From contig CAWKHF010000007.1 of the NCBI GenBank assembly GCA_963849325.1, positions 224,001-288,000 of the forward strand: DNA of 64,000 nt, written 5' to 3'. The notes under the pieces are model-generated. The model worked only from the letters and a program-made list of their open reading frames with translations. It did not search any database and was not told where the DNA came from. Position 1 is the stretch's first letter. The number at the start of each line of letters is the position of its first letter. This document shows, one piece after another, positions 1-10,308 of the stretch. The stretch comes from an uncultured Planctomycetota bacterium. Lineage in GTDB: Bacteria > Planctomycetota > Planctomycetia > Gemmatales > Gemmataceae. The position numbers and the translations under genes were made by a program.

Positions 1-877
1 CGGCGAATACCAGCCACGGCAGGCGCTGTGCTCCGGCATGAGCAACAGGGCCGTCGGAATGCCGTACTTCTTGCAGTCGTCGAGCAAGTCGTGCAAGGCT
101 TGCTCACTGCCGGGGTGAATGCGCAGAGAATTGAGCAGCGGTTTGGCGGTGTCCTGACCGTGCTCGACCTCGCGGCGTTTCTCCTCGGGCGTGGCCGGAT
201 GTTTCAGGACGGGTATCCAGCCACTGCCGTCGAGGGACAGCCAGTTATTCAGGTCGGTGGTCAGCTTGCGGGCCTGCTGGCGCGGTAACAGAAATCGGGC
301 CGCCGCGTGGACCAGGCGCGAGCGGTAGGCCAGCCCGGGTGTCAGACCGACCCGCGCGCGCGGACGAGGAACGGACGATACCCCGGCAGACAGCGGTGCA
401 GGACCGGCAGGTCCGTCCAGCGCAGATCATCTTGCAGCAAGATTTGCTTCTCGTCGAAGCTGCCGTCCTCCGGCCACATCGGCGGCCAGGTCTCCACCAG
501 CAGCCGATCCGGTCGAACGCCGGCCGCCAGCAGGCGACGGAAGGTCATCAGCACGCGCACATTACCGGACCCCGAAAGGGCGAAATTATAGACGAGGGGC
601 GCCGGCTCACCGGGCTGCGGGTGGATGCCCAGGGCTGCCGGCGCGATACCGTTCATGCGCGCGAGCTGCCCAGGATGAGCACCAGAGGCCGGCCGGGTTG
701 CTCGGCCAGACGTTCCTGGAGTTGGCGGAAGCGACTGCCGTAGACCGGATCGGGCAACTCCGGATGGCGCCGGCGCAGGTACATCCCCAGCACCAGTTGG
801 CCGCCGAGGAAGAGGAGCAGACACCACAGCACCGCCCTCTTGCCGGTGGGGGCGGCGAACAGGCAATAGCTCGGCAT
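1..877 (-). CDS. SGNH-like (DUF1574/DltD/AlgJ-like) membrane-anchored protein; frameshifted, runs off the left edge
   Basis: ATG at 877 with AGGAGG SD. N-terminal TM, LILGSSR motif, VYNFAL, LLVETWP and LLMPEH align with paralog 910..2016. Frame changes near 660 and 350. Confidence 0.75.
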
Positions 878-909
878 GGAAAAGCCGCCTCCTGATAGGG
901 CGACGCGCC

Positions 910-2016
910 TCACGGTGCCGTGTCGCGGAAGAGGACGTTGCGGGTCGGCGCTTGGCTTTGCAACAGCGGTTGGATGATCTCGCGGCCGAAACGCTGCGAG
1001 AACGGGGCGGCGGCCTGCGGCATCATGTGACAGAAGTCCGCGAAATCCTTATCGGCCACCCATTCACGGGTATCGAAGATCGGAATATGGTACGCCCGGT
1101 CGAGTCCGGCGAGATAATCGCGGATCAGGGCGCGGGCCTGCGGCGTGTACCAACCGCGCGTCAGGCTGTGCTCCGGCATCAGGACCAGGCCGACCCGGAT
1201 GCCGCGCGCTCGGCATTCGTCGAGCAGTCCGCGCAGGGCGTCGTCGCTGCGCGGGTCGATGTGCAAGGGGTCCAGCAACGGTTTCAACTGCTCGTTCCCC
1301 TGTTCCAGGGCGATGCGCTTTTCCTCCGGCGTCTTGCGCTCCCACGGGAAGGGGAACCAGCCGCTGCGGTCGGCGGGATCCCAATCCTTCATGCCGAGGG
1401 CCAGTCTGCGCACCTGCGGGCGCGGCAGCAGGGACCGAACCGTGGAATGCAGCAGGCGGGTCCGGTAGGCGAGGAGGGGAACCAGGCACTTGCGCATCCC
1501 CCAGAGGTAAACTTCCGGTTCGCGGAGGAAATAGCGGTATACCAACGGCGCATCGCGCCAGTGCAACTCGTCTTCATGCCGCACCATCCGGGCCTCCTTG
1601 AAGTAGCCGGCCTCGGCCCACAGGGGCGGCCAGACCTCCAGGAGTAGCCAATCGGGATGAACGCCGTCGGCCAGCAGACGGCGGAAGTACATGCGTTCGC
1701 GGATGGTCCCCATGCCGTTGAGGCCGAAGTTGTAAATCACTGGCGGCGGGCCATCGTTGGACGTCACCTGCATAGCGGCCGGCCGGAGTCCGTACTTGAC
1801 GCGCGAACTGCCCAGGACGAGGACCAGCGGAGCGTTCGGCGAGTCGGATACCAGCGACTGCAGAGAGCGCAGGCGGACGCCGTAGAGCGGATCGCGCACC
1901 GCCACGTGCCGGCAGTCCAGGTACGCCCACAACGCCAACTGGACGGCGGCGAAACACAGCAGGGTCCAGAAGACGGCCCGTTTGCCCTTGGCGGCGTGTG
2001 TTAGGAAGTACGACAT
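910..2016 (-). CDS. SGNH-like (DUF1574-type) protein, probable partner of the MBOAT acyltransferase
   Basis: N-terminal TM, LVLGSSR (nucleophile Ser block), YNFGLNG, C-terminal FADFCHM (DxxH). Confidence 0.8.
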   Translation of the reverse strand: MSYFLTHAAKGKRAVFWTLLCFAAVQLALWAYLDCRHVAVRDPLYGVRLRSLQSLVSDSPNAPLVLVLGSSRVKYGLRPAAMQVTSNDGPPPVIYNFGLNGMGTIRERMYFRRLLADGVHPDWLLLEVWPPLWAEAGYFKEARMVRHEDELHWRDAPLVYRYFLREPEVYLWGMRKCLVPLLAYRTRLLHSTVRSLLPRPQVRRLALGMKDWDPADRSGWFPFPWERKTPEEKRIALEQGNEQLKPLLDPLHIDPRSDDALRGLLDECRARGIRVGLVLMPEHSLTRGWYTPQARALIRDYLAGLDRAYHIPIFDTREWVADKDFADFCHMMPQAAAPFSQRFGREIIQPLLQSQAPTRNVLFRDTAP

Positions 2017-2046
2017 GACCGATCTCGTTCTATGTTTAACCAAAAG

Positions 2047-2158
2047 CCTCACGCAAAGGCGCAAAGAACGCAAAGAAAGACAGGATAAAAAAGGGAAAGT
2101 TGGCGTTGGTTGTTCTTTTTTTCTTTTTCCTTTGCGTTCTTTGCGCCTTTGCGTGAGG
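2047..2158. repeat. Intergenic inverted repeat built from short CGCAAAG-containing tandem units
   Basis: CCTCACGCAAAGGCGCAAAGAACGCAAAG (2047-2075) and its reverse complement (2130-2158). Confidence 0.9.
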
Positions 2159-2175
2159 TTCTTTTTCTTCTGCGT

Positions 2176-3609
2176 TCAGAACTGGAAATAAATGAACGGT
2201 TTGCCGCCCTGCGGGGCCAGCACCAGCGCCAATCCCAGCAAAGTGGCATAACTGAAGCCCAGCATCGGCGCCGGCAGGCGCAGGGCCGGGCGAATCCACA
2301 CGCCGGTTTTGCCCAGCACGTGCGCCGCCAACATCACCGCCGCCGTCAGCCAGAAACCGAACTCGGGCACCGGCGTCGGCAGTCCATGCGGGACGGGGAC
2401 CAGCAGGCGCGTATACATCTGGAACGCATGTCCGAAGCTTGGCGCTCGGAAGACAACCAGGCTGACGCAGAAGCTCACGAACGTGAAGGCGATGCAGAAG
2501 GCCGTGCCCGCGTAGGATTGCAGGACGCGGTCCAGCCGGGGCCGGACCTTGCACCCGCGACGAAACGCACGCTGGATGATGAGCATGACTCCCTGGATAG
2601 CGCCGAAGCCGACGTAGGTCCACGCCGCTCCGTGCCACAGGCCGCACAGCGTCATGGTGATGAGCAGATTGCGGCACGTCTTCCGTTCGCCGCCGCGGCT
2701 GCCGCCCAGCGGGATGAAGAGATAATCGCGCAGCCAACTCGACAGCGACATGTGCCAGCGGTTCCAGAACTCGGCGATGTTCCGCGACAGGTACGGCATG
2801 TTGAAGTTCTCGGCCAGCTTGTAGCCGAGCATGTGAGCGGTGCCGATGGCCATGTCCGTGTAGCCGGAGAAGTCGCCGTAGACCTGCAGAGCATACGCGA
2901 ACATGGCGATCCAGGCGGCCGGCGTGCGGTACTCCAACGGATGATCGAAAACCGGGTCGGCGAACAGGGCCATGCGGTCGGCGATGGCCAGTTTCTTGAA
3001 CAGACCCATGAGGAAGTATTGCAGGCCCAGGTGCAGCCGCACCCAATCGCAGCGCTTGGGCCGCTTGATCTGCGGCAGAAAATCGCGGGCGCGGACGATC
3101 GGCCCGGCCACCAGATGCGGGAAGAACAGGATGAACAGCATGAAATCGCCGAGGTTGCGCTCGGCGGGGATGCGGCGGCGATAAACGTCCACCATGTAGT
3201 TGATGGCCTCGAAGGTGTAAAAGGAGATGCCGATGGGCAGGATGACCTGTAAGGTACGGAACCACATCGGCGAGCCGGCCGCGATCAACGCCTCGTCCAG
3301 CGACAGCAGGAAGAAGTTGGCGTACTTGAAGTAACCGAGCAGCCCCAGGTTGGCGATCAGGCTGATGCACAGCAGCAGCTTGCGCCGCCATGCCCCGCCC
3401 GGCTGTTCCATGCCCAGCGCGAGCAGGTAATCGAGCAGGGTGGAAAAGCAGATGATGATGGCGAGCCACTTATTCCAGCTGGCGTAAAAGCCGAAGCTGG
3501 CGATCAGCAACAGCCAGACGCGCGCCCGCCGCCAGGGGATCGACCAGTAGACGATCAGAAGCACGGCGAAGAAGACCATGAATTCGACGGAACAGAAGAG
3601 CATCGCCAT
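2176..3609 (-). CDS. MBOAT family O-acyltransferase (AlgI/DltB-like)
   Basis: LPIGISFYTF, FFPHLVAGPI, YGDFSGYTDMAIG, ENFNMPY, FWNRWHMSLSSWLRDYLFIPLGG, GLWHGA, terminal FIYFQF. Confidence 0.95.
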   Translation of the reverse strand: MAMLFCSVEFMVFFAVLLIVYWSIPWRRARVWLLLIASFGFYASWNKWLAIIICFSTLLDYLLALGMEQPGGAWRRKLLLCISLIANLGLLGYFKYANFFLLSLDEALIAAGSPMWFRTLQVILPIGISFYTFEAINYMVDVYRRRIPAERNLGDFMLFILFFPHLVAGPIVRARDFLPQIKRPKRCDWVRLHLGLQYFLMGLFKKLAIADRMALFADPVFDHPLEYRTPAAWIAMFAYALQVYGDFSGYTDMAIGTAHMLGYKLAENFNMPYLSRNIAEFWNRWHMSLSSWLRDYLFIPLGGSRGGERKTCRNLLITMTLCGLWHGAAWTYVGFGAIQGVMLIIQRAFRRGCKVRPRLDRVLQSYAGTAFCIAFTFVSFCVSLVVFRAPSFGHAFQMYTRLLVPVPHGLPTPVPEFGFWLTAAVMLAAHVLGKTGVWIRPALRLPAPMLGFSYATLLGLALVLAPQGGKPFIYFQF

Positions 3610-3895
3610 CTCCTTCCGCGGACATCCATGCACGGGCGCCGCCGAGACGGAAGGCTGGCGGAGACGCCCGACATCCAACGACAGACCAGCGCGAGGGACG
3701 CGAGTTATACCCGAGGGAAATGTGGTGTCAAGAGCAGCCGCGCCGACCGGAGCGCGGATGCTCACGGCTCGTAACTACGTTGATTGACGCCTCTGTCCGG
3801 AGATTTTACAATGCCTTCCCTCCTTTCGGCGAACGACTGGCGCCAGCCGGCTGGTGAGTCCTGCCCGGAAGGATTGAGTTTTCAGGAGGCATGGC

Positions 3896-4528
3896 ATGGC
3901 TGATCCGGCTGTCCTGACCATTCATACCGATGGGGCCTCACGTGGCAATCCGGGTGCCGCCGCTTTCGCCTACGTCATCCGCGGCGAGGGGCCGACGCTC
4001 ATCGAGGAGGCCGATTGTCTCGGCCAGATGACCAACAACCAGGCCGAATACACCGCCCTTGTCCGCGCCCTCGAACATGCCCTCGAACTCGGGCCACATC
4101 ATCGCCTCCTCATCCACAGCGATAGCGAGCTGATGGTCAAGCAGATGAACGGCGAATACCGCGTCAAGAACGAGGAGCTGCGCGACCTCTATCAGCAGGC
4201 GTGTACCCTGCGCCGGCGCTTCGACGGGCCGGTGACGATCCGCCACGTCCGGCGGGAGCAGAACAAGCGCGCCGACGAGTTGTGCAATGAAGCCCTCGAC
4301 GGCAAGCGCTGCGCCATGCCGCGTCCGGTATCCGGGCCAGTCCAGAAAGCCGACCGTGCGCCGTCGCCGAGCCTGCGCGAGGAAGCGTTGGCGTGTCTGC
4401 GAGAGGCTGCATCCGCCTGGGCCGCCGGACCTTCGGGACCAACGCCGGAACACGTCTGGGGACGACTCGGGGAAATACTACAACGGCATGGACTGAGCCT
4501 ACCGGAGTCGGAACGCGGATCGACGTAA
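3896..4528 (+). CDS. rnhA: Ribonuclease HI family protein with C-terminal extension
   Basis: HTDGASRGNPG, TNNQAEY, SDSELMVKQMNGEY, HVRREQNKRADEL; AGGAGG SD. Confidence 0.9.
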   Translation: MADPAVLTIHTDGASRGNPGAAAFAYVIRGEGPTLIEEADCLGQMTNNQAEYTALVRALEHALELGPHHRLLIHSDSELMVKQMNGEYRVKNEELRDLYQQACTLRRRFDGPVTIRHVRREQNKRADELCNEALDGKRCAMPRPVSGPVQKADRAPSPSLREEALACLREAASAWAAGPSGPTPEHVWGRLGEILQRHGLSLPESERGST

Positions 4529-4558
4529 TCGAAGAACCCGACGGAAAGGAGTCTCCCC

Positions 4559-5967
4559 ATGTCGCGCTATCTGTCTGTCCTCCTTCCTCTCCTTATTCTG
4601 CTTTTCTCCGTGAATGTCCCTCGCGCCGCGCCGGCGGATGAGGAATTGCAAGCCGGCTTTGGCGAGGCGGACATCACGCCAATCGTCAAAGACCGAACCG
4701 TCTACATGGCCGGCTTCGGCCACAACCGCAAGGCCACCGGCGTCCACGATCCTCTTCGGCGCGCGCCGTCGTCCTGCGACACGGCAAGGAGAAGATCGCC
4801 CTCGTCGCGGTCGATCTGGTCGGCTTCTTCCATCCGCACGTCGAGCGCGTCCGTCGCCGCTTGCCCGGCTTCGCCCATGTCGTTGTCTCCAGCACGCACA
4901 ACCACGAAGGACCGGACACGCTCGGTTTGTGGGGACCGACGCCGTTTCAGAGCGGCGTCGATGCCGACTATTTGGCGCACGTCGAGAAGCGGATCGTGGA
5001 GGCGGTGCAGGCGGCCGACGCCGGCCGCAAGGCCGTCACCGCCCGCATTGGCCGCACCCGCGCACCGGAGTTGCTCCACGACACGCGCGAACCCTATGTC
5101 AAGCACGATGAACTGGTCGCCCTGGAGTTCCGCGACTGGGAAGGCAAGACGGTTGGACTCGTCGTGCAATGGAACTGCCACCCCGAGACGCTCGGCGACA
5201 AAAACACGCAAATCAGCGCCGATTTCGTCGGTGCCGCCGTGAAGACATTGCAGGAGCGACAGCGTTGCCCCGTTGTCTATTTGACGGGCACAGTCGGCGG
5301 ACTGATGACCTCTCTGCGCGTCGAGGTCCAGAGCGCCGCGGGCAAGCCACTGGAGGATGGCACTTTTGAGAAGACGGAGCGTTACGGCGAACTGCTGGCG
5401 GAGACAGCCGGACGTGCCTTGAAGGCTGCTCGCCCCGTGAAACTGACGCCGCTGCAAGGGCGGCGGCGCACGCTGTTTCTGCCGCTGGACAACAAGTTGT
5501 TTCTACTGGCGCGGCAGCTCGGCGTTCTGAAGCGCGAGGCGTTCCACTGGAGCGGCGATCCGTACCGGGCGGAGCCGGCCGGCGACCTCAAGGATGGTAA
5601 GCCGCTGTGCCTGCGTACCGAGATCGCCTGGCTGCGGTTGGGCGAACTCGACATCGCCGCCATTCCGGGGGAGATTTATCCGGAATTGGTGCTCGACAAG
5701 GTACAAGACCCGGCGGACCCCGCAGCGGACTTCCCCGACGCGGTGGTCGAGCCGGCCATCTACAAGCAACTGCGCGGGCCGTACCGGATGCTGATCGGCC
5801 TGGCCGGGGACGAGATCGGCTACATCATCCCGAAGCGCCAATGGGACGCGAAAGCGCCCTACTGCTACGGGCGCAAGAAGGCCCAGTACGGCGAGGTCAA
5901 CAGCCTGGGGCCGGACACCGCGCCTTGGTTGTGCCGAGCGTTCCAGGAACTGCTGCAGAAAAATTAA
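4559..5967 (+). CDS. Exported neutral/alkaline ceramidase-like metallohydrolase (one frameshift near 4755)
   Basis: Signal peptide; AGFGEADITP, GVHDPL, SSTHNHEGPDTLG, WNCHPE, ISADF, IPGEIYPE, GYIIP. Confidence 0.75.
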
Positions 5968-6090
5968 CCACAGATGAACACAGATGAACACGGATAAGAC
6001 GTAATAAGGAAGCCAAGACAAAACAGCTGTCCTTTATCATTTGACCCTGTCTTATCCGTGTTCATCTGTGTTCATCTGTGGTTAATTTTT
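5959..6090. repeat. Perfect 42-bp inverted repeat made of CACAGATGAA 10-mer tandem units
   Basis: 5959-6000 is the exact reverse complement of 6049-6090; the left arm contains the upstream TAA stop. Confidence 0.95.
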
Positions 6091-6133
6091 TACTCCGTTT
6101 CTAAATCGTCAACGACGACTGCGAGAGGAGCTT

Positions 6134-6547
6134 TCAGCGGGGAAGGGCTGGGCCGCGTTCGGGATGGGCGCCGAGCGCCGCATCCGGGGCCGGTACGGCC
6201 GGCGGTCCCGCCGGCGTGCCGAGGATGGGCGGCAGAGTCGCCGGCGGCCCCACCGGCGCCGCCTGGCTCAGCGGAAACCCCGGCCCTGGCTGGACCATCA
6301 TGCCGGGCGGCTCACCCAGCAGCGGGCCGTCGCTCACAATCGGACCTCCGCCGCTGACGGGGACGCCTCCTCCACATCCACATCCCCCGCCGCACTCACA
6401 CGGACACGCCGTGCGCGGACGAAACAAGCTGAAGCGCTGCCACATGGAGCCGCCCGAGCCGCCGCAGCCGCCGCAGGGACTCGCGCACCCTGCCGCCAGC
6501 ACGGCGCCGGCCAGCGCCGCCGAAGTCGCCAAACGAAACCGTTTCAT
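6134..6547 (-). CDS. Small Cys/Gly/Pro-rich putative lipoprotein
   Basis: MKRFR...LAAGC lipobox-like signal, CGGCGG and CPCECGGGCGC runs, Pro-rich tail. Confidence 0.6.
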   Translation of the reverse strand: MKRFRLATSAALAGAVLAAGCASPCGGCGGSGGSMWQRFSLFRPRTACPCECGGGCGCGGGVPVSGGGPIVSDGPLLGEPPGMMVQPGPGFPLSQAAPVGPPATLPPILGTPAGPPAVPAPDAALGAHPERGPALPR

Positions 6548-6809
6548 ATGCGGTCCCCTTGTCGGAATCTTCCCAGAACGGGAGCGAAAGACGGGTTTGG
6601 TGCGAACAGGTCCGCGTTCATCCCCACAGGGCCGCTGCCCGGCCGACTGTGATCCAGCTGTTCGCGTCCCAATCATGCGCCAGGAAGGGCGGATGGGCAA
6701 CCAGACAAGGGGCAGGAAAAAAGGCCCATGAGGCAAACCTCATGGGCCTGGTAAGCGTCACTGGATTTGTCGGTCAGCCAAGCATAGACGGACCAGCGAA
6801 TTTCCATCG

Positions 6810-6845
6810 GGCCGCTTGCGGCTTCGCGCGAAGCCGCAAGCGGCC
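6810..6845. repeat. Perfect 36-bp palindrome (REP-like or terminator) after the S41 gene
   Basis: GGCCGCTTGCGGCTTCGC|GCGAAGCCGCAAGCGGCC; a related element lies at about 63751-63790. Confidence 0.8.
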
Positions 6846-6859
6846 TGGGCAACAGGCCC

Positions 6860-9464
6860 TCAACCCGCCTTCTTGTCGGCGGCCCGGCTGGCCATCTTGA
6901 TCTGGCCGCGCAGATAGTCCAGGGCCGCGTCGAGCTGCTTGTCCTGGAACTCCTTGGACGAGGACGGTTTGCCCTTGTGTTGGATGACCTCGGTGGAATG
7001 CAGGTGTTCGTCCAGGTCCACGCGCTCCTTGGCGCTGAGCTTGATGACCTTATTGGGCGATGACTCCCCATTCGTCCTCATCCTTGCCGGACGTGCTGGA
7101 CTTGTTGAGGTTCTTCTTGCTCGGCCGCCAGAAGGTCGCCGTCGTCAGCTTCAGCTCGCCGCCCTCGAACGGCAGGATGTGCTGTACACTGCCCTTGCCG
7201 TAGCTGCGCTCGCCGATGATGAAGGCCCGGCTGTGGTCCTGCAAAGCAGGCCGAGACGATCTCGCTGCCGCTGGCGCTGTAGCCGTTGACCAGGCACACC
7301 ATCGGGAAGTCGAGCAAGCTGCCGCGCGCCCGACCGCTGATCTCATTCTCCGGCTCGCCGCGCTCGCGGATGCTCACGATCACGCCGTCGTTGATGTACA
7401 GGTCGGAGATCTTGACGGCGCTGTCGAGCAGGCCGCCGGGATTGAAGCGCAGGTCGAGGATGAAGCCCTTGATGCCGCGCTCCGTCAGATTGGTCATGAC
7501 TCGATCCAGGTCGCGGTAGCTGTTGCGGGCGAACTGCGTCAGACGGATGTAGCCGATCTTGTTCTCCGCATCGATCAGGTAATCCCAGTCGTCGTTCTTC
7601 TTGCGGCGATAGCCGAGCACTGACTCGACCTCGACGTAGCCGCGCGTCAGATTGAACTCCAACGGCTTGTCCTCGCCCTCGCGCTGCACGGTCAACTTGA
7701 CCTTGGTGCCGGGCAGGCCGGTGATCTTCTTGACGGCCTTGGACAGCGGCAGCGCCCTTGGTGGAGATGACCTCCGGCGGGCTGAGCGGCTTGCCCTGGC
7801 TGTCCACCTCGCGGGTGACGGTCGTGATCAGGTCGCCGGCCTGGATGCCCGCCTTGTACGCCGGGCTGCCCTTGATCGGCGTCACCACCAGGAGCTGATC
7901 GGTGGCGCTGTCCTTGCGGATCTGGATGCCGACGCCGGGGAAGCGGCCGCCGATCTCCTGATCCATCTTCTTTTTCTGGTCCGGGTCGATGTAGGTCGTG
8001 TACGGATCGAGGTGCTTGAAGAGCATGCGTTGCAAGGTCAGGTCGATGTCCTTGTGGTTGTCCAGGTCCTCGCGCTTGCCCAGGGCTTGCCGGGCGTCGG
8101 CCAGCAGCGTGAGCAGCTCCGACTCCTTCAGGTCGCCAACATTTTTGAGCTGCGTTTCGATCTTCTCGGGGACCTTCTCGTCCACCTGCCGATACATGCC
8201 GCGAATGGCCCAGGCGACCAGGTCGATTGACCTTGACCTTCTTGACGTAGCCCTTGGCGATGATCTTGACCGCCTCCATGACCTTCTCGGCGAAGTCCAT
8301 GGCCTCGGCGCGCTTGAGCTTGGTGCCGGCGAGAATGCGGTCGCGTTCGGCGACGAACTTATCGAGGTCAATTTTGCCATCGAGCAGCGCCTGGTATTGC
8401 TTGCGCAGGTTGCGCTGCGCCTCCAGGCGCGGCATGTTTTCCAGCAGGGTTTTGCCCTCCTCGGCATATTCGGCGGGCACCTTGCCGTCCTTAACGAGCT
8501 GGGCGAACTTATCCAGCCGCTCTTTCACCTTGGCGGCGACGGCGGGGTTGGCCGTCAGCGCGAAGTGACTGCCCCGGCCGCCCAGAGCGATGAAATACTG
8601 CTCCCTCTCTTCCTTGCTCTTGCCGTGCGTCCGTACCAGCTCGCGCATCTCTTTTTCGAGGTATTCCGTCAGCTCATCGACGGTCACCAGGCCGTCCGGC
8701 TCATAGCCGTCCTTGTCGGCGGCACCTTGCAGTCCCTTGAGGACGGCCGAGGCGAAGACGCCGTGGTCCTTGAGGTCCAGCGACCGCTTCAGGCCGTTGG
8801 TCGCCAGGAACAGGACGCGGCCGGGCTTGGCGGACTCCTCCTCGGAGCCGTCATCGCCGAGTAATTCCTTGTAGGGATTGCTGCCCAGGGTCGGCTCGGC
8901 GACCTTCTTGTCGTTGGTGGTGAAGCCCTTGAAGTCCACGTCGAGGAAAACGCAAAAGCGCTGGCTCTTGAGCTTCTTGAGGGCATCGGAGACTTCCAGG
9001 TCGGCGACGGCGTTCTTGGAGCGGCCCTCGAAGGTCGAATCGGAGGCGAAGTAACAGCGGTGGTCGCCGACCGGGCCGCCCTCGCCGAAGAAGCCGAACA
9101 GGACGAGGTCGTTGCTCTTGGCGTTGTCGGCGACCCAGCGCAGCGCCTTGAGAATGTTGGCGCGGGTCGCCGGTTCACTGCCGGGCACCTTGGCGGAGTC
9201 GCCGAGAAGCAGCCGACTGTGCTCGGCATCGACGCCAAGGTACTTCTTGTCGGTGAAGAGCTGGTAAAGCGCCTTGGCGTCGTCCTCGGCGTGGGGGCGC
9301 GGTTTGATTTGCTTGTCGGCGTAATTGCTGATGCCGACCATCACCACGTAGGGTTGATGCGCCTTGGCGTCGGCAGCCTTGGGTTGTTCGGCGCACAGCG
9401 GCAGGGCCAGCAAGCCGAGGGTGAGCACGGCCCCCAGCCAACGAGACAACATCGCCCGGGTCAT
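6860..9464 (-). CDS. Exported S41 (tail-specific) protease with PDZ domain and N-terminal caspase-like domain; about 4 frameshifts
   Basis: Signal peptide; VMVGISNY...AEDDAKAL caspase fold; LDPYTTY, GVGIQI, SPAYKAGIQAGDLI (PDZ); ILDLRFNPGGLL, NGYSASGSEIV, GERSYGKGSVQ, DKQLDAALDYL. Confidence 0.85.
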
Positions 9465-9773
9465 GTAAATCAATCCTTTCGGAAGGATGCGCGGAGACGG
9501 AAGCGAACGGAAGGCTTCAACTCCCCTCCGGCAGACGGCAGCCCATTACTCCTCGGCGGAACCTCCGCGTGAGATGGCGGCGGCAGGACAGGATGTCATC
9601 ACAGAGAGCGCAGATCGTACAACCCTCACCATCGGACGAAACCGCCTATACCTATTGTGACCGACATTCCAAACCAGTCAACCCAAGTACGCGAGCCTTT
9701 ACCGTACAGAGGTTCAGATAGGACAGTTCGTACAATGGTTATGTCCCGTGGTCCCAAGTCAGAGAGGCCGCGC

Positions 9774-10220
9774 ATGAAACGGCTTCGCGTGGTGATTCTG
9801 CTCGCCGTTACCATAGCCCTGCTGGCCGGCGCGCTCTTCTGGTCGCGCCGCACGGCGAGGAGCCGAGCGGCCACGCCGACGGAATGTTTGGACCATTATT
9901 ATGAGTCATGCCGGAGCGGCGATATCGAGCAATACCGCAACTGCCTGGGCGAACCTTACCGCTCTCAGTCCGACGCGGGGGGCTTCGATGCCGCGCGACG
10001 CGACGTGAAGGACATCAAGAATTGGGTGCAGTGCGCGGAAACGGTCGCGGACGGCTCGTCGCTTGCGATAGACGTGGATGAAGTTCGCGTCGAAGGCGTC
10101 CGGCGTTTGCGCTTCCATCTACGGCAAGCCGACTCCGGCTGGGCCATCGTGGCCATCGATCCGCCGCGCACGCGTCCCACGCCCCTTCGCTACGGCACCC
10201 GCGTCGGCGACGAACCTTGA
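9774..10220 (+). CDS. Hypothetical membrane-anchored protein (possibly NTF2-like)
   Basis: GAGAGG SD, N-terminal hydrophobic helix, GWAIVAID terminal strand. Confidence 0.6.
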   Translation: MKRLRVVILLAVTIALLAGALFWSRRTARSRAATPTECLDHYYESCRSGDIEQYRNCLGEPYRSQSDAGGFDAARRDVKDIKNWVQCAETVADGSSLAIDVDEVRVEGVRRLRFHLRQADSGWAIVAIDPPRTRPTPLRYGTRVGDEP

Positions 10221-10234
10221 GCGAGAAACGGTTT

Positions 10235-10298
10235 CCAACCAGCCCGGAGCGCCAGCGACGGGTCTTTCTGCCCGTCGCTGGCGCTCCGGGCTGGTTGG
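10235..10298. repeat. REP-like palindrome between convergent genes
   Basis: CCAACCAGCCCGGAGCGCCAGCGACGGG and its reverse complement, 8-nt loop. Confidence 0.9.
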
Positions 10299-10308
10299 GA
10301 AAACGTTT

